Source: an uncultured Anaerolineae bacterium
GTDB lineage: Bacteria > Chloroflexota > Anaerolineae > Aggregatilineales > Aggregatilineaceae
NCBI GenBank assembly: GCA_965554365.1
Contig: CBEVZO010000001.1
Location: 1 to 25,485, forward strand
Length of the DNA stretch: 25,485 nucleotides
Direction of reading: 5' to 3'
The notes under the pieces are model-generated. The model did not search any database, was not told the DNA's origin, and worked only from the letters and a program-made list of their open reading frames with translations. The position numbers were made by a program, and so were the translations under genes. Each line of letters opens with the position of its first letter. Positions within the stretch are counted from its first letter, which is position 1. Positions 9,301 through 18,603 of this stretch are shown here, one piece after another.

Positions 9301-12256
9301 CCGCGATCAACGTGAGCGCGTGAACAGCAGCACACTGCGTTTGTGGGTTACGGGCGAAACCTCTGTGTGGTGGGGCCGACCGAGCAACACCATCGACCTG
9401 ATCACTGACAAAGACTCCTATGTTCCCGGTGACACTGCCGAAATCCTGATCCCGACGCCGTTCACGGGCACGTCATACGCATTGGTGGCGGTGGAGCGCG
9501 CGGGCATTCAGCAGGTGAACGTGTTCGAGATCACCGGCTCGACGCTGGTCTACAAACTTCCGATCACGGACTTCCATGCGCCAACGGTGCATATTTCGGT
9601 GACGCTGGTCAAGGGCACGGACGCGGAAGAACTCAATCCCTCGTATCGCACGGGAAGCGTGGCGCTGAGTGTAGAGCCGGTGCAGCAGCGCATGGACGTG
9701 ACGATTACGCCTTCCGCGATGCTGGCGCAGCCCGGTGATACAGTCACGCTGGATGTGCGGACAGTGGACGCGCGCGGCGAACCGGTGAGTGCCGAAGTGG
9801 GTGTGACGGTGACGGATCAGGCGATTCTCTCGCTGATGCCACCGAATAGCATTCCACTGGAAGCTCACTTTTACGGGGGCGAAGGCAACTACGTCTATAC
9901 CGACGTGGCGATGTCCGCGCTGTTGGACGTGATGACGGACGAAATCTTGAAAAACGCCAAACGTCGGGAACACGACGAAGTCGGAGCCGTTAACGACGCG
10001 GATATGGCGGGTGCATCTGCTCCCGCCGCTGAGTTCGCATTGATGGACGGTGCCGCGATGGAAGAAGGTGAAGCCGCGCCGGGCGGAGCGCCACAGCAAC
10101 AAGTCGCGATCCGTGAAGACTTCCAGCAAACGCCGTTGTGGGCTCCGCGTGTGGTGACGGATGTCAGCGGGCAGGCATCGGTGACGGTGACGCTGCCGGA
10201 TAACCTGACGACGTGGCATGAGGATGCGCGGGGTCTGACAATCGATACACATGTAGGCGATGCCGGGTTAGATGTGGTGAGTACGCTCCCGTTGCTGACA
10301 CGCCCGGTTGTACCGCGCTTCTTTGTCGTGGGCGACCGCGCCGTGCTGGCCTCCGTGATTAACAACAACACCGAGGCAGCGCAGACGGTTGAGGTGCGTC
10401 TCGAAGCGACCGGCGTCGAGTTCAAGAGTGACGAAGTGCAGACCGTAACCATCGAAGCCGGGCAGCGCGCCCGTGTGGAATGGACGGTGGTGGTTGAAGA
10501 CGTGCCGTTTGTGGACATGACCTTCTTCGCCATTGGCGCGGATGGCTACGCTGACGCGGCAAAACCCACGCTCGCCACCGGGCCGGACGGTACGATCCCC
10601 GTGTATCGTTACACTGCGCCGGACACGACGGGCACGGGCGGTCTGCTCCGCGAGGGCGGCGCACGTACCGAAGCGATCAGTCTGCCGCCGAGTCTGGATA
10701 CCGATCAGGGCGAACTGACGATCAAGATCGATCCGTCGCTGGCGGTGACCACAGTGGATGCGCTGGATTACCTGCGGAATTTCAAACATCAGTGTATCGA
10801 GCAGACCGTGAGCCGCTTCCTACCCAATGTGATGACCTATCGCGCGCTGCGCGACCTGGGCCTCGACGATCCGGCGTTGAAAGCGCAGTTGGAAGTCGCG
10901 CTCGACTTTGCGCTCACCAAACTGCGTAACGAGCAGAATGCCGATGGCGGCTGGGGGTGGTTCGGGCACATGGAGAGCAATCCCTATGTCACGGCTTATG
11001 CTGTGCTGGGCTTGATCGAAGCACGCGATGCCGGGTTTGAGGTGGACGCGGGTATGATCGACCGCGCGCTGAACTACGTGCGCACAGATTTTGTGCGCCC
11101 CAACCGCGACACGCCAGTCTACCGGCTCAACCGTCAGGCATTCTACCTGTATGTGCTGGCGCGCGGCGGACAGGCTAGCCAGGGTGATCTGAACGCGTTG
11201 CTGGACCAGCGGCTCGAACTCGACTACTGGGCGCAGGCGTATCTGCTGATGGCGTATCACGAGGCAAGTCCCGGCGATCCGGCAGAGGCGCAGTTGGTGA
11301 GCGATCTGCAAACTGGCGCGATCCTCTCCGCGACTGGCGGGCATTGGGAAGAAGATGATATCGATTGGTGGAACTGGAGCAGCGACACGCGCACGACGGC
11401 CATTGTACTGGCGGCGCTGACACGCGTCCAGCCGGACCATGATCTGCTGCCCAATGTGGTGCGCTGGTTGATGGTGGCGCGACAGGGCGATCACTGGGTC
11501 ACGACACAGGAAACTGCCTGGGCGGTGATGGCGCTGACCGATTGGATGGTCGCCACTGGCGAATTGCGTGGCAATTTCGACTATGCGTTGACGTTCAACG
11601 GTGATGTGCTGACGGAAGGCACAGTCACGCCGGAGACAGTGCGCGAGGGCGAAGTGCTGCGCATCCAGGTGGCCGATCTGCTCCAGGATGAGATCAACCG
11701 TGTGACGTTCATCCGCGATGAGGGCGACGGTGTGCTGTACTATACCGCGCACCTCAAGACGCGGTTGTGGGCGGCTGAAGCGGACCCGATCAGTCGGGGT
11801 GTGACGGTGGCGCGCGAATACTATCTCGCGGATGATCCCGGCACAACGGTCACGGGGGCGCAGGTAGGTGATGTGATCACGGTGCGCGTGACGATGACGC
11901 TGCCGCAGGATATCTACTACTTTGTGCTGGAAGACCCGCTTCCTGCAGGCACAGAGCCGGTCGATACGTCGCTGTTGACGACAGGCCAACAGAACGAGAC
12001 GCCGACGATCCGACCGAGCCGTAATCCGGTCTGGTACTGGGGCTGGTGGCTGTTCGATCACACCGAGATGCGCGACGAGCAGGTAAATCTCTATGCGGAC
12101 TTCCTGCCGCGCGGAACTTATGTCTACACCTATCAGGTGCGGGCGAGCTTCCCCGGTGAATATCAGACGATGCCGAGCCACGCCTACGCCTTTTACTTCC
12201 CAGAGGTCTTTGGGCGCGGCGCAGGGACACTGTTCACTGTTCAGGCGGCTGACTAG
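6344..12256 (+). CDS. Bacterial alpha-2-macroglobulin family protein with four N-terminal Ig-like (Big_5/SbsA-like) repeats
   Basis: GTG 6344 behind AGGAGAGG; Sec signal ending SFA-QE. Four repeats of (V/I)xxxxP...V.F..P(M/V)...Y.F.F.T. MG domains [17 protein letters not shown] and EFRVPEY. Low-complexity bait-like region followed by IREDF. Thioester motif CIEQ at 10793-10804. C-terminal [10 protein letters not shown]...YTYQVRA. Confidence 0.95.
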   Translation: MSRYRIVLQRSTLLIVAALLLILVGQSFAQEDRDPLPPHVLAVMPYPGEEVLTDQPVTVMFDQPMHRASVEAAWSLDPAATGTFAWTDDRTLTFLPDGGWQRATRYDVTLGIAAQAANDLPFEDTYTFYVQTIGYLEVSAVIPAPDAEGVQADATIIVSFNRPVVPLVSTAQLDDLPDPLIFDPAVEGHGEWLNTSIYQFMPKKPLAGGTTFNVTVDAGLTDVLGATLDEAYSWNFKTLPPEILNVSPYNGQQNVRLENVVSVQFSQPMDRPSSAEAFILTHNGERVPGVFEWADDDRSFVYRPDANFEIESVYTLNIATSARNASGESTLEEGLSYVFMTVPYPGIADTEPDNNERDVYPGDGVWIYFKSPMNTETFEGKAEIIQPEGVAWEPVVYGDSLYMQFATQQNTEYVIRFKRGAEDVYGNAIETDYTFSFRTGEIDAWASLPFGDRFMITSAYRDDTRIAMSVAAQPIVSFGLYDVVVDDYAIAMQGYYYYDEDYPLKNPARLVRAWTEQLDASPALQGVDEILLAAQGGGRLPLGVYYLEVQQQETDRYAQRMHLAVVTANLTVKRTPNEMLVWVTDIASGAPLANVPVSLYTHEGTLLGVNGTDADGLMRLPVDLSPTDNEFAYAVAQSDDVFGVWMSWNEADLPDQSGYLYTDRPIYRPAETVYFRGALRVKDDTTYTVPDVNTVHVRIDVNWGGQLLWEGDLPLTEFGTFDGEIELPEDAQLGEAQIYAEAGGRYYAHSYFTISEFRVPEYKVEVTPDYDEIVQGDPARAAITASYYFGGPVSNADLNWNAYGDVAYFNYAGPGRYNFTDNTQDYFSWYYVGGESAITDANGTVIAALENTNAPSIRPMTISLEGETYDESGQYISGRTTILAHPANVYVGLRTDRYFGREGSPVNLDLIVVTPESDPLADQKIELTVIEIRWERVPLEGQFGRYEWERREIEVETNEVRTGPDGTAQYSFTPPQAGIYRVRAVSRDQRERVNSSTLRLWVTGETSVWWGRPSNTIDLITDKDSYVPGDTAEILIPTPFTGTSYALVAVERAGIQQVNVFEITGSTLVYKLPITDFHAPTVHISVTLVKGTDAEELNPSYRTGSVALSVEPVQQRMDVTITPSAMLAQPGDTVTLDVRTVDARGEPVSAEVGVTVTDQAILSLMPPNSIPLEAHFYGGEGNYVYTDVAMSALLDVMTDEILKNAKRREHDEVGAVNDADMAGASAPAAEFALMDGAAMEEGEAAPGGAPQQQVAIREDFQQTPLWAPRVVTDVSGQASVTVTLPDNLTTWHEDARGLTIDTHVGDAGLDVVSTLPLLTRPVVPRFFVVGDRAVLASVINNNTEAAQTVEVRLEATGVEFKSDEVQTVTIEAGQRARVEWTVVVEDVPFVDMTFFAIGADGYADAAKPTLATGPDGTIPVYRYTAPDTTGTGGLLREGGARTEAISLPPSLDTDQGELTIKIDPSLAVTTVDALDYLRNFKHQCIEQTVSRFLPNVMTYRALRDLGLDDPALKAQLEVALDFALTKLRNEQNADGGWGWFGHMESNPYVTAYAVLGLIEARDAGFEVDAGMIDRALNYVRTDFVRPNRDTPVYRLNRQAFYLYVLARGGQASQGDLNALLDQRLELDYWAQAYLLMAYHEASPGDPAEAQLVSDLQTGAILSATGGHWEEDDIDWWNWSSDTRTTAIVLAALTRVQPDHDLLPNVVRWLMVARQGDHWVTTQETAWAVMALTDWMVATGELRGNFDYALTFNGDVLTEGTVTPETVREGEVLRIQVADLLQDEINRVTFIRDEGDGVLYYTAHLKTRLWAAEADPISRGVTVAREYYLADDPGTTVTGAQVGDVITVRVTMTLPQDIYYFVLEDPLPAGTEPVDTSLLTTGQQNETPTIRPSRNPVWYWGWWLFDHTEMRDEQVNLYADFLPRGTYVYTYQVRASFPGEYQTMPSHAYAFYFPEVFGRGAGTLFTVQAAD

Positions 12257-12300
12257 GCCTAATCGCTAGCGGATAGATAGCAACCAACACTTGACAAACT

Positions 12301-12343
12301 ACACCAGATGCAGGCACACTTGTTTGCATCTGGTGTTTGTTTA
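12301..12343 (+). terminator. Probable intrinsic terminator after alpha-2-macroglobulin
   Basis: Perfect 12-bp stem ACACCAGATGCA (12301-12312) / TGCATCTGGTGT (12325-12336) followed by TTGTTT. Confidence 0.7.
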
Positions 12344-12371
12344 CCTTTTTCCGGTGTTTGCCAGATGGCCC

Positions 12372-12401
12372 TTGTAAGTTGGCATAAGATTTATCTATAA
12401 T
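12372..12401 (+). promoter_or_regulatory. Sigma70-type promoter for the response regulator
   Basis: TTGTAA-N18-TATAAT. Confidence 0.6.
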
Positions 12402-12438
12402 AGGGTTAATGTGAAGAGGCTACGTCGTTAGCGTTTAA

Positions 12439-12810
12439 GTGAGCAACAATATGAACATCGTCTACGTTGAAGATGATCCCACCAATATTCTCCTCCTGGA
12501 ACGTGTGACCCACTCTACTGGCGATTACTTGGCGACGTTTACGGACGCAGAGTCGGCATTGGACAGCGCCGAACTGTGGGATGCTGATCTGTTGCTAGTT
12601 GATATTCATTTGCCGGGCGAGTTGAATGGCCTGGACATGACCGATATCTTACGCCGCAACGGGGTCAACGCGCCCGTGATCGTGATCACTGCTTACGATA
12701 CGCCGGAACTTCTCGCGCGTTGCCGTGAGATTGGCGGGGACATGTACCTGGTCAAGCCGGTGAGTGTGCCGGAGTTGGTCGAACTGCTCAACGATTTTCG
12801 CAACGGGTAA
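12439..12810 (+). CDS. Single-domain response regulator (CheY/DivK-like receiver)
   Basis: VYVEDD, LLVDIHLPG (phosphoacceptor Asp), IVITAY and LVKP are all intact; no output domain. Start may be ATG 12451. Confidence 0.93.
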   Translation: MSNNMNIVYVEDDPTNILLLERVTHSTGDYLATFTDAESALDSAELWDADLLLVDIHLPGELNGLDMTDILRRNGVNAPVIVITAYDTPELLARCREIGGDMYLVKPVSVPELVELLNDFRNG

Positions 12811-12830
12811 GTAAGTTCGCGCTGCCGTTG

Positions 12831-12862
12831 ACGCTATCTGGCCGACGGCGAGATGGCGTTTT
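12831..12862 (+). terminator. Hairpin terminator for the response regulator
   Basis: ACGCTATCT (12831-12839) / AGATGGCGT (12851-12859) with one G-U pair, inner GCC/GGC, then TTT. Confidence 0.55.
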
Positions 12863-12907
12863 AACGATCACGCCGTAATACCATAAGCACCAACAACTAT
12901 CAATCAT

Positions 12908-12946
12908 AACGCCCCGGAATAGCAGCTCCGGGGCGTTGTTGTGTTT
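12908..12946. terminator. Second hairpin between convergent genes; probable (bidirectional) terminator for nifJ
   Basis: Perfect 11-bp stem AACGCCCCGGA (12908-12918) / TCCGGGGCGTT (12927-12937), followed by GTTGTGTTTT on the plus strand. Confidence 0.65.
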
Positions 12947-12993
12947 TATGGTGAGGGCGAATGCAGTGATCCGTCCTCAGTGTGTCGTGCGGG

Positions 12994-15900
12994 CTAGATG
13001 TCGAACTGTGCCCACTGTTCGTACATCTTCCACCGGAAGGCCACGTCTTCGCGGGCCGCTGCCAGCAGCATCTCGGCGCGTTCCGGGTCGGAGTTCCGTA
13101 GCATCCGGAAACGGTTCTGTTTGTACATGAACTCCTCAATGTCTATCGTCGGCGTTTTGGAGTCTAGCATGAGGGGCTGTTTGCCCTTTTCCGCGTTGCG
13201 CGGATCGTAGCGGAACAGCGGCCAGAAGCCGGAAGCTACTGCATCCGCCTGGATTTCGTTACCCCGACGCAGGTTGTAACCGTGCGCGATGCAGGGCGAG
13301 TAAGCGATGATCAGGGACGGGCCAGGATACGCTTCGGCCTCAGCAAAGGCTTTGACCGTCTGGTTCATGTTGGACCCAAACGCGATCTGCGCCACGTAGA
13401 TGTTGCCGTAGGTCATCGCGATCATGCCCAGGTCTTTCTTGGGCGATGCTTTACCAGCCGCCGCGAACTTGGCAATCGCGCCACGCGGGGTGGCTTTGGA
13501 CATCTGACCGCCGGTGTTGGAGTATACGCCAGTGTCGAGGACGAGGACGTTCACGTCGCGCCCCGAAGCCAGCACATGATCCAGACCACCGTAGCCGATG
13601 TCGTAGGCCCAACCGTCGCCACCGAAGATCCACACGGACTTCTTGACGAGATAGTCGGCGACAGAATGCAGTTGCGCAGCCGCTGCACTATCGTCAGCTT
13701 CTAGCGCCTGCTTGAGTTGCTCGACGCGCTCGCGCTGGACTTCGATAGATTCCTGGGTACTCATGTCCGCATCGCGGATGCCTTCGAGCAGCGTTACATC
13801 GCCGTCTTTTGTTTCGATCAGTTCATTGACCAGTTCGCGGGCGTAGACTGTCAGCTTATCGACTGTCAGCCGCATACCCAGCCCGAACTCCGCCGCGTCT
13901 TCGAACAGCGAGTTAGACCACGTCGGGCCGCGCCCATCGTCGCGCACGGCGTAGGGAGTGGTCGGCAGATTGCCGCCGTAGATCGACGAGCAGCCGGTGG
14001 CGTTCGCGATGATCATGCGGTCGCCGAACAACTGGGTTGCCAGCTTGACGTATGGTGTCTCACCACAGCCCGCGCACGCGCCGGAGAACTCGAACAGCGG
14101 TTGGAGGAACTGCGAACCCTTAACCGTGAAGCGCTTGAAGGTCGCCGGGTCGGTTTCGGGCAGCTCGACGAAGTAATCCCAGTTGGCGGTTTCCTGCTGA
14201 CGCAGATCGTCGGTCAACTCGACCATCGCCAGGGCCTTGCGCCCGGTTTTCTTATTGTCGGGGCAGACTTCGACACACAGACCGCAGCCAGTGCAGTCCA
14301 TCGGCGAAACCTGTACGGTGTACTGCATGCCCTTCCAATCACGCCCGCGCGCGTCCATCGCCTGGAAGCCCGCTGGGGCGCTGCCGTTACCGTCGTACAC
14401 CTTCATGCGGATTGTGGCATGGGGGCATACAAACGCGCATTGGTTGCACTGGATGCAGGATTCGGTATCCCAGACCGGGATTTCGGTCGCTACGTTGCGC
14501 TTTTCGTACTGCGTGGTGGCGGTGGGGTAAGTGCCGTCCACCGGCAGCATGGACACGGGCAGATCGTCGCCGCGCCCAGCGATGATTTCCGCCGTTACGT
14601 CCTGCACGAACGCCGGTGCGTGGGCCGGGACAGTCTCGCGCATCGTCAGTGTACTGGTGGTTTCCTGTGGATACTCCACCTTCTCGATGCGCCCGACGGC
14701 AATCTCAGCCGCCTTGACGTTCATATCAACGATGCTCTGACCCTTAGTGCCGTAGGTATCTTCAACGGCAGCTTCGATCATTGCCATCGCTTTTTCTTCC
14801 GGCAGCACACCGGAGATGTTGAAGAACGCGGCCTGCATGATGATGTTGATACGGCCACCCAGGCCCACCGACTTGGCAATCTTGTTGCCGTCGATGACGT
14901 AGAACTGCGCCTGCATGTCGATGATTTGCTGCTGGACTTCCTGCGGGATGTGATCCCACACTTCGTCTGCGCTGTGGGGGCTGTTGAGCAGGAAGATGCC
15001 ACCTTGCTCCAGACCATCCAGCATGTTGTAGCGTTCGAGGAAGCCGAAGTTGTGGCAGGCCACGAACTGCGCGTTGCTGATCAGGTAGGTGCTGCGGATC
15101 GGCTGTTTGCTGAAACGCAGATGCGAGATCGTGCGTGCGCCGGATTTCTTGGAGTCGTAGACGAAGAAGCCCTGCGCGTAGTTGTCGGTTGCTTTACCGA
15201 TGATCTTGATGGAGTTCTTGTTCGCGCCCACTGTACCGTCTGCGCCCAGACCCCAGAACATCGCGCGGTGGACGCCTGGGCCTTCGATGTCGAACGCCGG
15301 GTCATAGTCCAGGCTGGTGTGGGTCAGGTCGTCGTTGATGCCAACGGTGAAGTGGTTTTTCGGCTGTGCCGCAGCGATGTTGTCATACACGGCCTTGACC
15401 ATCGCCGGGGTGAATTCTTTGGAGCTAAGGCCGTAACGCCCGCCAACAATAACCGGCATGGCGTTCACGTTGCCCTGCGTCATCGCTTCGACATACGCGG
15501 TCAGCACGTCCTGGTACAGCGGTTCGCCCGCGCCACCCGGTTCTTTGGTGCGGTCGAGTACGGCAATCGTCTTCACCGTATCAGGGATCGCCGCTACCAA
15601 TGCCTGCGCGTCGAACGGACGGTAGAGGCGGACCTTGATCAGACCAACCTTCTCGCCCTGCTCAATAAGGTAATCAACGGTTTCGTGCGCTGCTTCCGCG
15701 CCCGAGCTCATCATCACGATTACGCGCTCAGCATCCGGCGCGCCAAAGTAGTCAAACAGGTGGTACTGGCGGCCCACGATTTTCGCGAAGCGATCCATCA
15801 CGTTCTGGACGACACCGGGCGTGACATCGTAGTACGGGTTCACCGATTCACGCCCCTGGAAGAACACGTCGGGGTTCTGGGCCGTACCGCGCAGGACCGG

Positions 15901-16539
15901 GCGATCCGGCGACATGCCGCGCTGACGATGCTCGATGACGTATTTGTCGTCGATTACGGCGCGCATGTCGTCTTTGGTCAGTTGTTCGATTTTCTGGATT
16001 TCGTGCGAACTGCGGAAGCCGTCGAAGAAGTGCAGGAACGGCACACGCGTTTCGAGCGTCGCCGCCTGGGCGATCAGTGCAAAGTCGTGGACTTCCTGAA
16101 TGCTGCCCGATGCCAACTGCGCCCAACCAGTCGAGCGCGCCGCCATCACATCCGAGTGATCGCCGAAAATCGACAGCGCCTGCGTCGCCAACGAACGGGC
16201 CGAAATATGGAATACGGTCGGGGTCAGTTCGCCTGCGATCTTGTACATATTGGGGAGCATCAGCAGCAGCCCTTGCGAGGCCGTGAAAGTTGTTGTCAGC
16301 GCGCCGGTGGTTAGTGCCCCATGCACCGCGCCCGCTGCGCCGCCTTCGGCCTGCATTTCAGTCACATCCGGGATTGTCCCCCAGAGGTTGGTTTCCCCGG
16401 CTACCGACATTTCATCGGCGGTTTCGCCCATCGAAGACGAGGGCGTAATGGGGTAAATCGCGATGACTTCATTGAGCGCATGCGCTACCTGGGCGGCAGC
16501 GGTATTGCCGTCAATGGTCACCATTTTACGATCAGCCAT
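12994..16539 (-). CDS. nifJ: Pyruvate:ferredoxin (flavodoxin) oxidoreductase, single-subunit type
   Basis: IYPITPSS, TTFTASQGLLLM, GGRYGLSSKEF, two 4Fe-4S motifs (CIQCNQCAFVCP, CTGCGLCVEVCP), FSGACAGCGETPY and TPP motif GGDGWAYDIG; AGGAGG RBS. Confidence 0.97.
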   Translation of the reverse strand: MADRKMVTIDGNTAAAQVAHALNEVIAIYPITPSSSMGETADEMSVAGETNLWGTIPDVTEMQAEGGAAGAVHGALTTGALTTTFTASQGLLLMLPNMYKIAGELTPTVFHISARSLATQALSIFGDHSDVMAARSTGWAQLASGSIQEVHDFALIAQAATLETRVPFLHFFDGFRSSHEIQKIEQLTKDDMRAVIDDKYVIEHRQRGMSPDRPVLRGTAQNPDVFFQGRESVNPYYDVTPGVVQNVMDRFAKIVGRQYHLFDYFGAPDAERVIVMMSSGAEAAHETVDYLIEQGEKVGLIKVRLYRPFDAQALVAAIPDTVKTIAVLDRTKEPGGAGEPLYQDVLTAYVEAMTQGNVNAMPVIVGGRYGLSSKEFTPAMVKAVYDNIAAAQPKNHFTVGINDDLTHTSLDYDPAFDIEGPGVHRAMFWGLGADGTVGANKNSIKIIGKATDNYAQGFFVYDSKKSGARTISHLRFSKQPIRSTYLISNAQFVACHNFGFLERYNMLDGLEQGGIFLLNSPHSADEVWDHIPQEVQQQIIDMQAQFYVIDGNKIAKSVGLGGRINIIMQAAFFNISGVLPEEKAMAMIEAAVEDTYGTKGQSIVDMNVKAAEIAVGRIEKVEYPQETTSTLTMRETVPAHAPAFVQDVTAEIIAGRGDDLPVSMLPVDGTYPTATTQYEKRNVATEIPVWDTESCIQCNQCAFVCPHATIRMKVYDGNGSAPAGFQAMDARGRDWKGMQYTVQVSPMDCTGCGLCVEVCPDNKKTGRKALAMVELTDDLRQQETANWDYFVELPETDPATFKRFTVKGSQFLQPLFEFSGACAGCGETPYVKLATQLFGDRMIIANATGCSSIYGGNLPTTPYAVRDDGRGPTWSNSLFEDAAEFGLGMRLTVDKLTVYARELVNELIETKDGDVTLLEGIRDADMSTQESIEVQRERVEQLKQALEADDSAAAAQLHSVADYLVKKSVWIFGGDGWAYDIGYGGLDHVLASGRDVNVLVLDTGVYSNTGGQMSKATPRGAIAKFAAAGKASPKKDLGMIAMTYGNIYVAQIAFGSNMNQTVKAFAEAEAYPGPSLIIAYSPCIAHGYNLRRGNEIQADAVASGFWPLFRYDPRNAEKGKQPLMLDSKTPTIDIEEFMYKQNRFRMLRNSDPERAEMLLAAAREDVAFRWKMYEQWAQFDI

Positions 16540-16796
16540 AAAAATTCCTCCTGTATGTCCGTTCCATAGTTAACCGCACGCTGTCTAAGTGGACGAGAGC
16601 CTGCGGTCAGCTTCACGAGCTAGTTAGAGGGCAGAATGCGGGATGAGAATTGTCGAGTTGTGTTGTGTGAAGGTATCGCACACGTTTCCGCCATTTTTTC
16701 GTCACGAGTGTAATGCTTAGCGCGTGCCCTCAGTAGTGTGAAATGTCGTGATAAATCGGATGAGTGTCACTTTCGGTCGTTTGTGAGGTCGTTTGT

Positions 16797-16826
16797 GCGA
16801 CACAATCGTCTACGGGGCGGTATAAT
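16797..16826 (+). promoter_or_regulatory. Probable sigma70 promoter for the HAD-sortase-DUF-holA run
   Basis: Perfect TATAAT at 16821-16826; weak -35 GCGACA 18 nt upstream. Confidence 0.45.
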
Positions 16827-16859
16827 CGCGGTGGATTGTGGATACCAAAGGACGGCGTA

Positions 16860-17576
16860 ATGGCAGATAATCGGGTGCTGGCCCTGTTTGATATTGATGG
16901 CACGCTGCTACACTCTGGCGGTTGTGGGCGTGCGGCGACACAGTTGGCGTTGGCGGATGTGTTTGGCACGACGGGCGCGTTGGATGAGGTGAATTTCGCG
17001 GGTAAAACGGATTGGCAGATTCTACGCGAAGTCTTGGAACCTGTGGGATTCAGCGCCGACATGATCGAGGCGCGGCTGGCGCAGCACAACGAGACAGTGG
17101 CGCGGCGCATGATCGAAATCATCGACGATTTTCCGGTACGGCCTTGCGTGGGTGCGCCCGAAGTCGTCGCGGCGCTCAAGGCTGATCCGCGTGTAGTATT
17201 GGGGCTGGTGACCGGCAATACAGCGGCGCTGGTCCCGATTAAACTGCGCGCGGCGGGCTTCGATCCCGCAGACTTCAAGATCGGCGCGTTTGGGTCTGAG
17301 GGCTGGACACGTGCGATGCTGCCGCCGTTGGCATTGGAGCGCGCGCGAGCTTACACCAATGGTGATTTTGCGCCGGCGCGCATTGTGATCATTGGCGACA
17401 CGCCCGGTGACATCACCTGTGCCGCGAGCGTCCAGGGGCGCACGATTGCTGTCGCCACCGGGCCGTTCAGGGTGGACGAACTGCGTCAGTACCAGCCGGA
17501 TCACGTTTTCGAGACAATGCAAGATCATGCGCGCGTGATCGCGGCAGTGCTGCACAACGGACGTGCTACTGCCTGA
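16860..17576 (+). CDS. HAD-superfamily hydrolase (phosphoglycolate phosphatase-like)
   Basis: Motif I LFDIDGTLL, motif II LVTGN, motif III K in IKL, motif IV IIGDTPGD. Start re-called to ATG 16860. Confidence 0.9.
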   Translation: MADNRVLALFDIDGTLLHSGGCGRAATQLALADVFGTTGALDEVNFAGKTDWQILREVLEPVGFSADMIEARLAQHNETVARRMIEIIDDFPVRPCVGAPEVVAALKADPRVVLGLVTGNTAALVPIKLRAAGFDPADFKIGAFGSEGWTRAMLPPLALERARAYTNGDFAPARIVIIGDTPGDITCAASVQGRTIAVATGPFRVDELRQYQPDHVFETMQDHARVIAAVLHNGRATA

Positions 17577-17586
17577 TAGGATACCT

Positions 17587-18585
17587 ATGTCTGCCACTGC
17601 CCCGGACCGGCGTACACTCGTTTTCGGCATCTTGATCGCCGGAGTGGGGTTGTTATGTCTGGGGAGCGGCATCGCGCTGCTGGTGTGGCGATTAGCGCGT
17701 CCAGAGGAGGCAGTGTTGCTGCCGCCGGGATTTGTCACGCCCACGATAGCCACTGCGACACCCGGCGTGTTGGGGACGCCGCTGCCGCCGCCGCTCCTGC
17801 CGGATGATCCCGCGCAGATCGTCATGTTGCCGGTGAGCGAGCGGCCTTCGCTTACGCCGACACAGCCGCTGCCGCCCGAAATCCCCACTGTAACCGCGTC
17901 ACATACGCTAACCGCGACTGCTACGCTGACGCGAACACCGCGTGCAACTGCCACGTCTGTTGTGTCTCGCGATCAGACATTCACACCAACGCCCAGCGTC
18001 CCGACTATAATTGCGACCAGCACCGCTATGCCGACGCTGACGGTGACGCTGGGCCCGACAGCCACTTATGCGCCGTCGCTCACGCCGGTTTCCATGCAAC
18101 TCGCCGCCATCCCGGATCGTATTCTGATTGATCGCATTGCTCTGGATGCGCCAGTGCTGCCAGTGGGACAGCACACGCTGGCGGTCGATGAGCAGGTCTT
18201 TAGCCAGTGGAATGTGCCGGAGCAGCGCGCGGCGGGTTGGCATCACAACAGTGCGCCGCTGGATCAGCCGGGCAACCTTGTGCTGAACGGGCACCACAAC
18301 GTGTATGGTGAGGTGTTCCGCTATATCAATGTGTTGGAGCCGGGCGATTGGCTGATGCTGGAAGCGGATGGGCGGCGCTATTATTACGTGGTGGTGCAGA
18401 CAATGACGCTCGCGGAGCAGGATCAACTGGTTGAGGTGCGGCAAGAGAACGCGCGCTGGATATTGCCGACGGATGATGAACGTGTTACGCTCATTACGTG
18501 CTGGCCGTACTACGCTAATACGCACCGGGTTGTCGTGATCGCGCGTCCCATTGACGCTGTTATCCCGCCCGGTGATATACCCTGA
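17587..18585 (+). CDS. Sortase with N-terminal membrane anchor and long Thr/Pro-rich linker
   Basis: TM segment LVFGILIAGVGLLCLGSGIALLVW; T/P-rich linker; catalytic His in GNLVLNGHH, TLITC (Cys 18499-18501) and Arg in THRVVVIA. Confidence 0.9.
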   Translation: MSATAPDRRTLVFGILIAGVGLLCLGSGIALLVWRLARPEEAVLLPPGFVTPTIATATPGVLGTPLPPPLLPDDPAQIVMLPVSERPSLTPTQPLPPEIPTVTASHTLTATATLTRTPRATATSVVSRDQTFTPTPSVPTIIATSTAMPTLTVTLGPTATYAPSLTPVSMQLAAIPDRILIDRIALDAPVLPVGQHTLAVDEQVFSQWNVPEQRAAGWHHNSAPLDQPGNLVLNGHHNVYGEVFRYINVLEPGDWLMLEADGRRYYYVVVQTMTLAEQDQLVEVRQENARWILPTDDERVTLITCWPYYANTHRVVVIARPIDAVIPPGDIP

Positions 18586-18603
18586 CACGGTGGAGAGTTT
18601 CTA

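Noticed and set aside
7082-12181. Long minus-strand ORFs inside the A2M gene (7082-8149, 8159-8998, 9473-10252, 10820-12181)
   Set aside because: Antisense shadows; no domain motifs.
12291-12319. TTGACA as a -35 element
   Set aside because: No acceptable -10 at 16-18 nt; it abuts the terminator hairpin.
13717-16314. 865-aa plus-strand ORF antisense to nifJ
   Set aside because: Exactly in codon register with nifJ and reads as its reverse complement; a typical high-GC shadow ORF with no recognisable motifs or RBS.
16665-16683. Canonical Rex or CRP/FNR operator upstream of nifJ
   Set aside because: Half-site spacing fits neither consensus; not annotated as a feature.
17640-17680. Lipobox in the sortase N-terminus (GLLC)
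   Set aside because: Does not fit [LVI][ASTVI][GAS]C and the hydrophobic stretch continues past the Cys, so it is more likely an uncleaved TM anchor.
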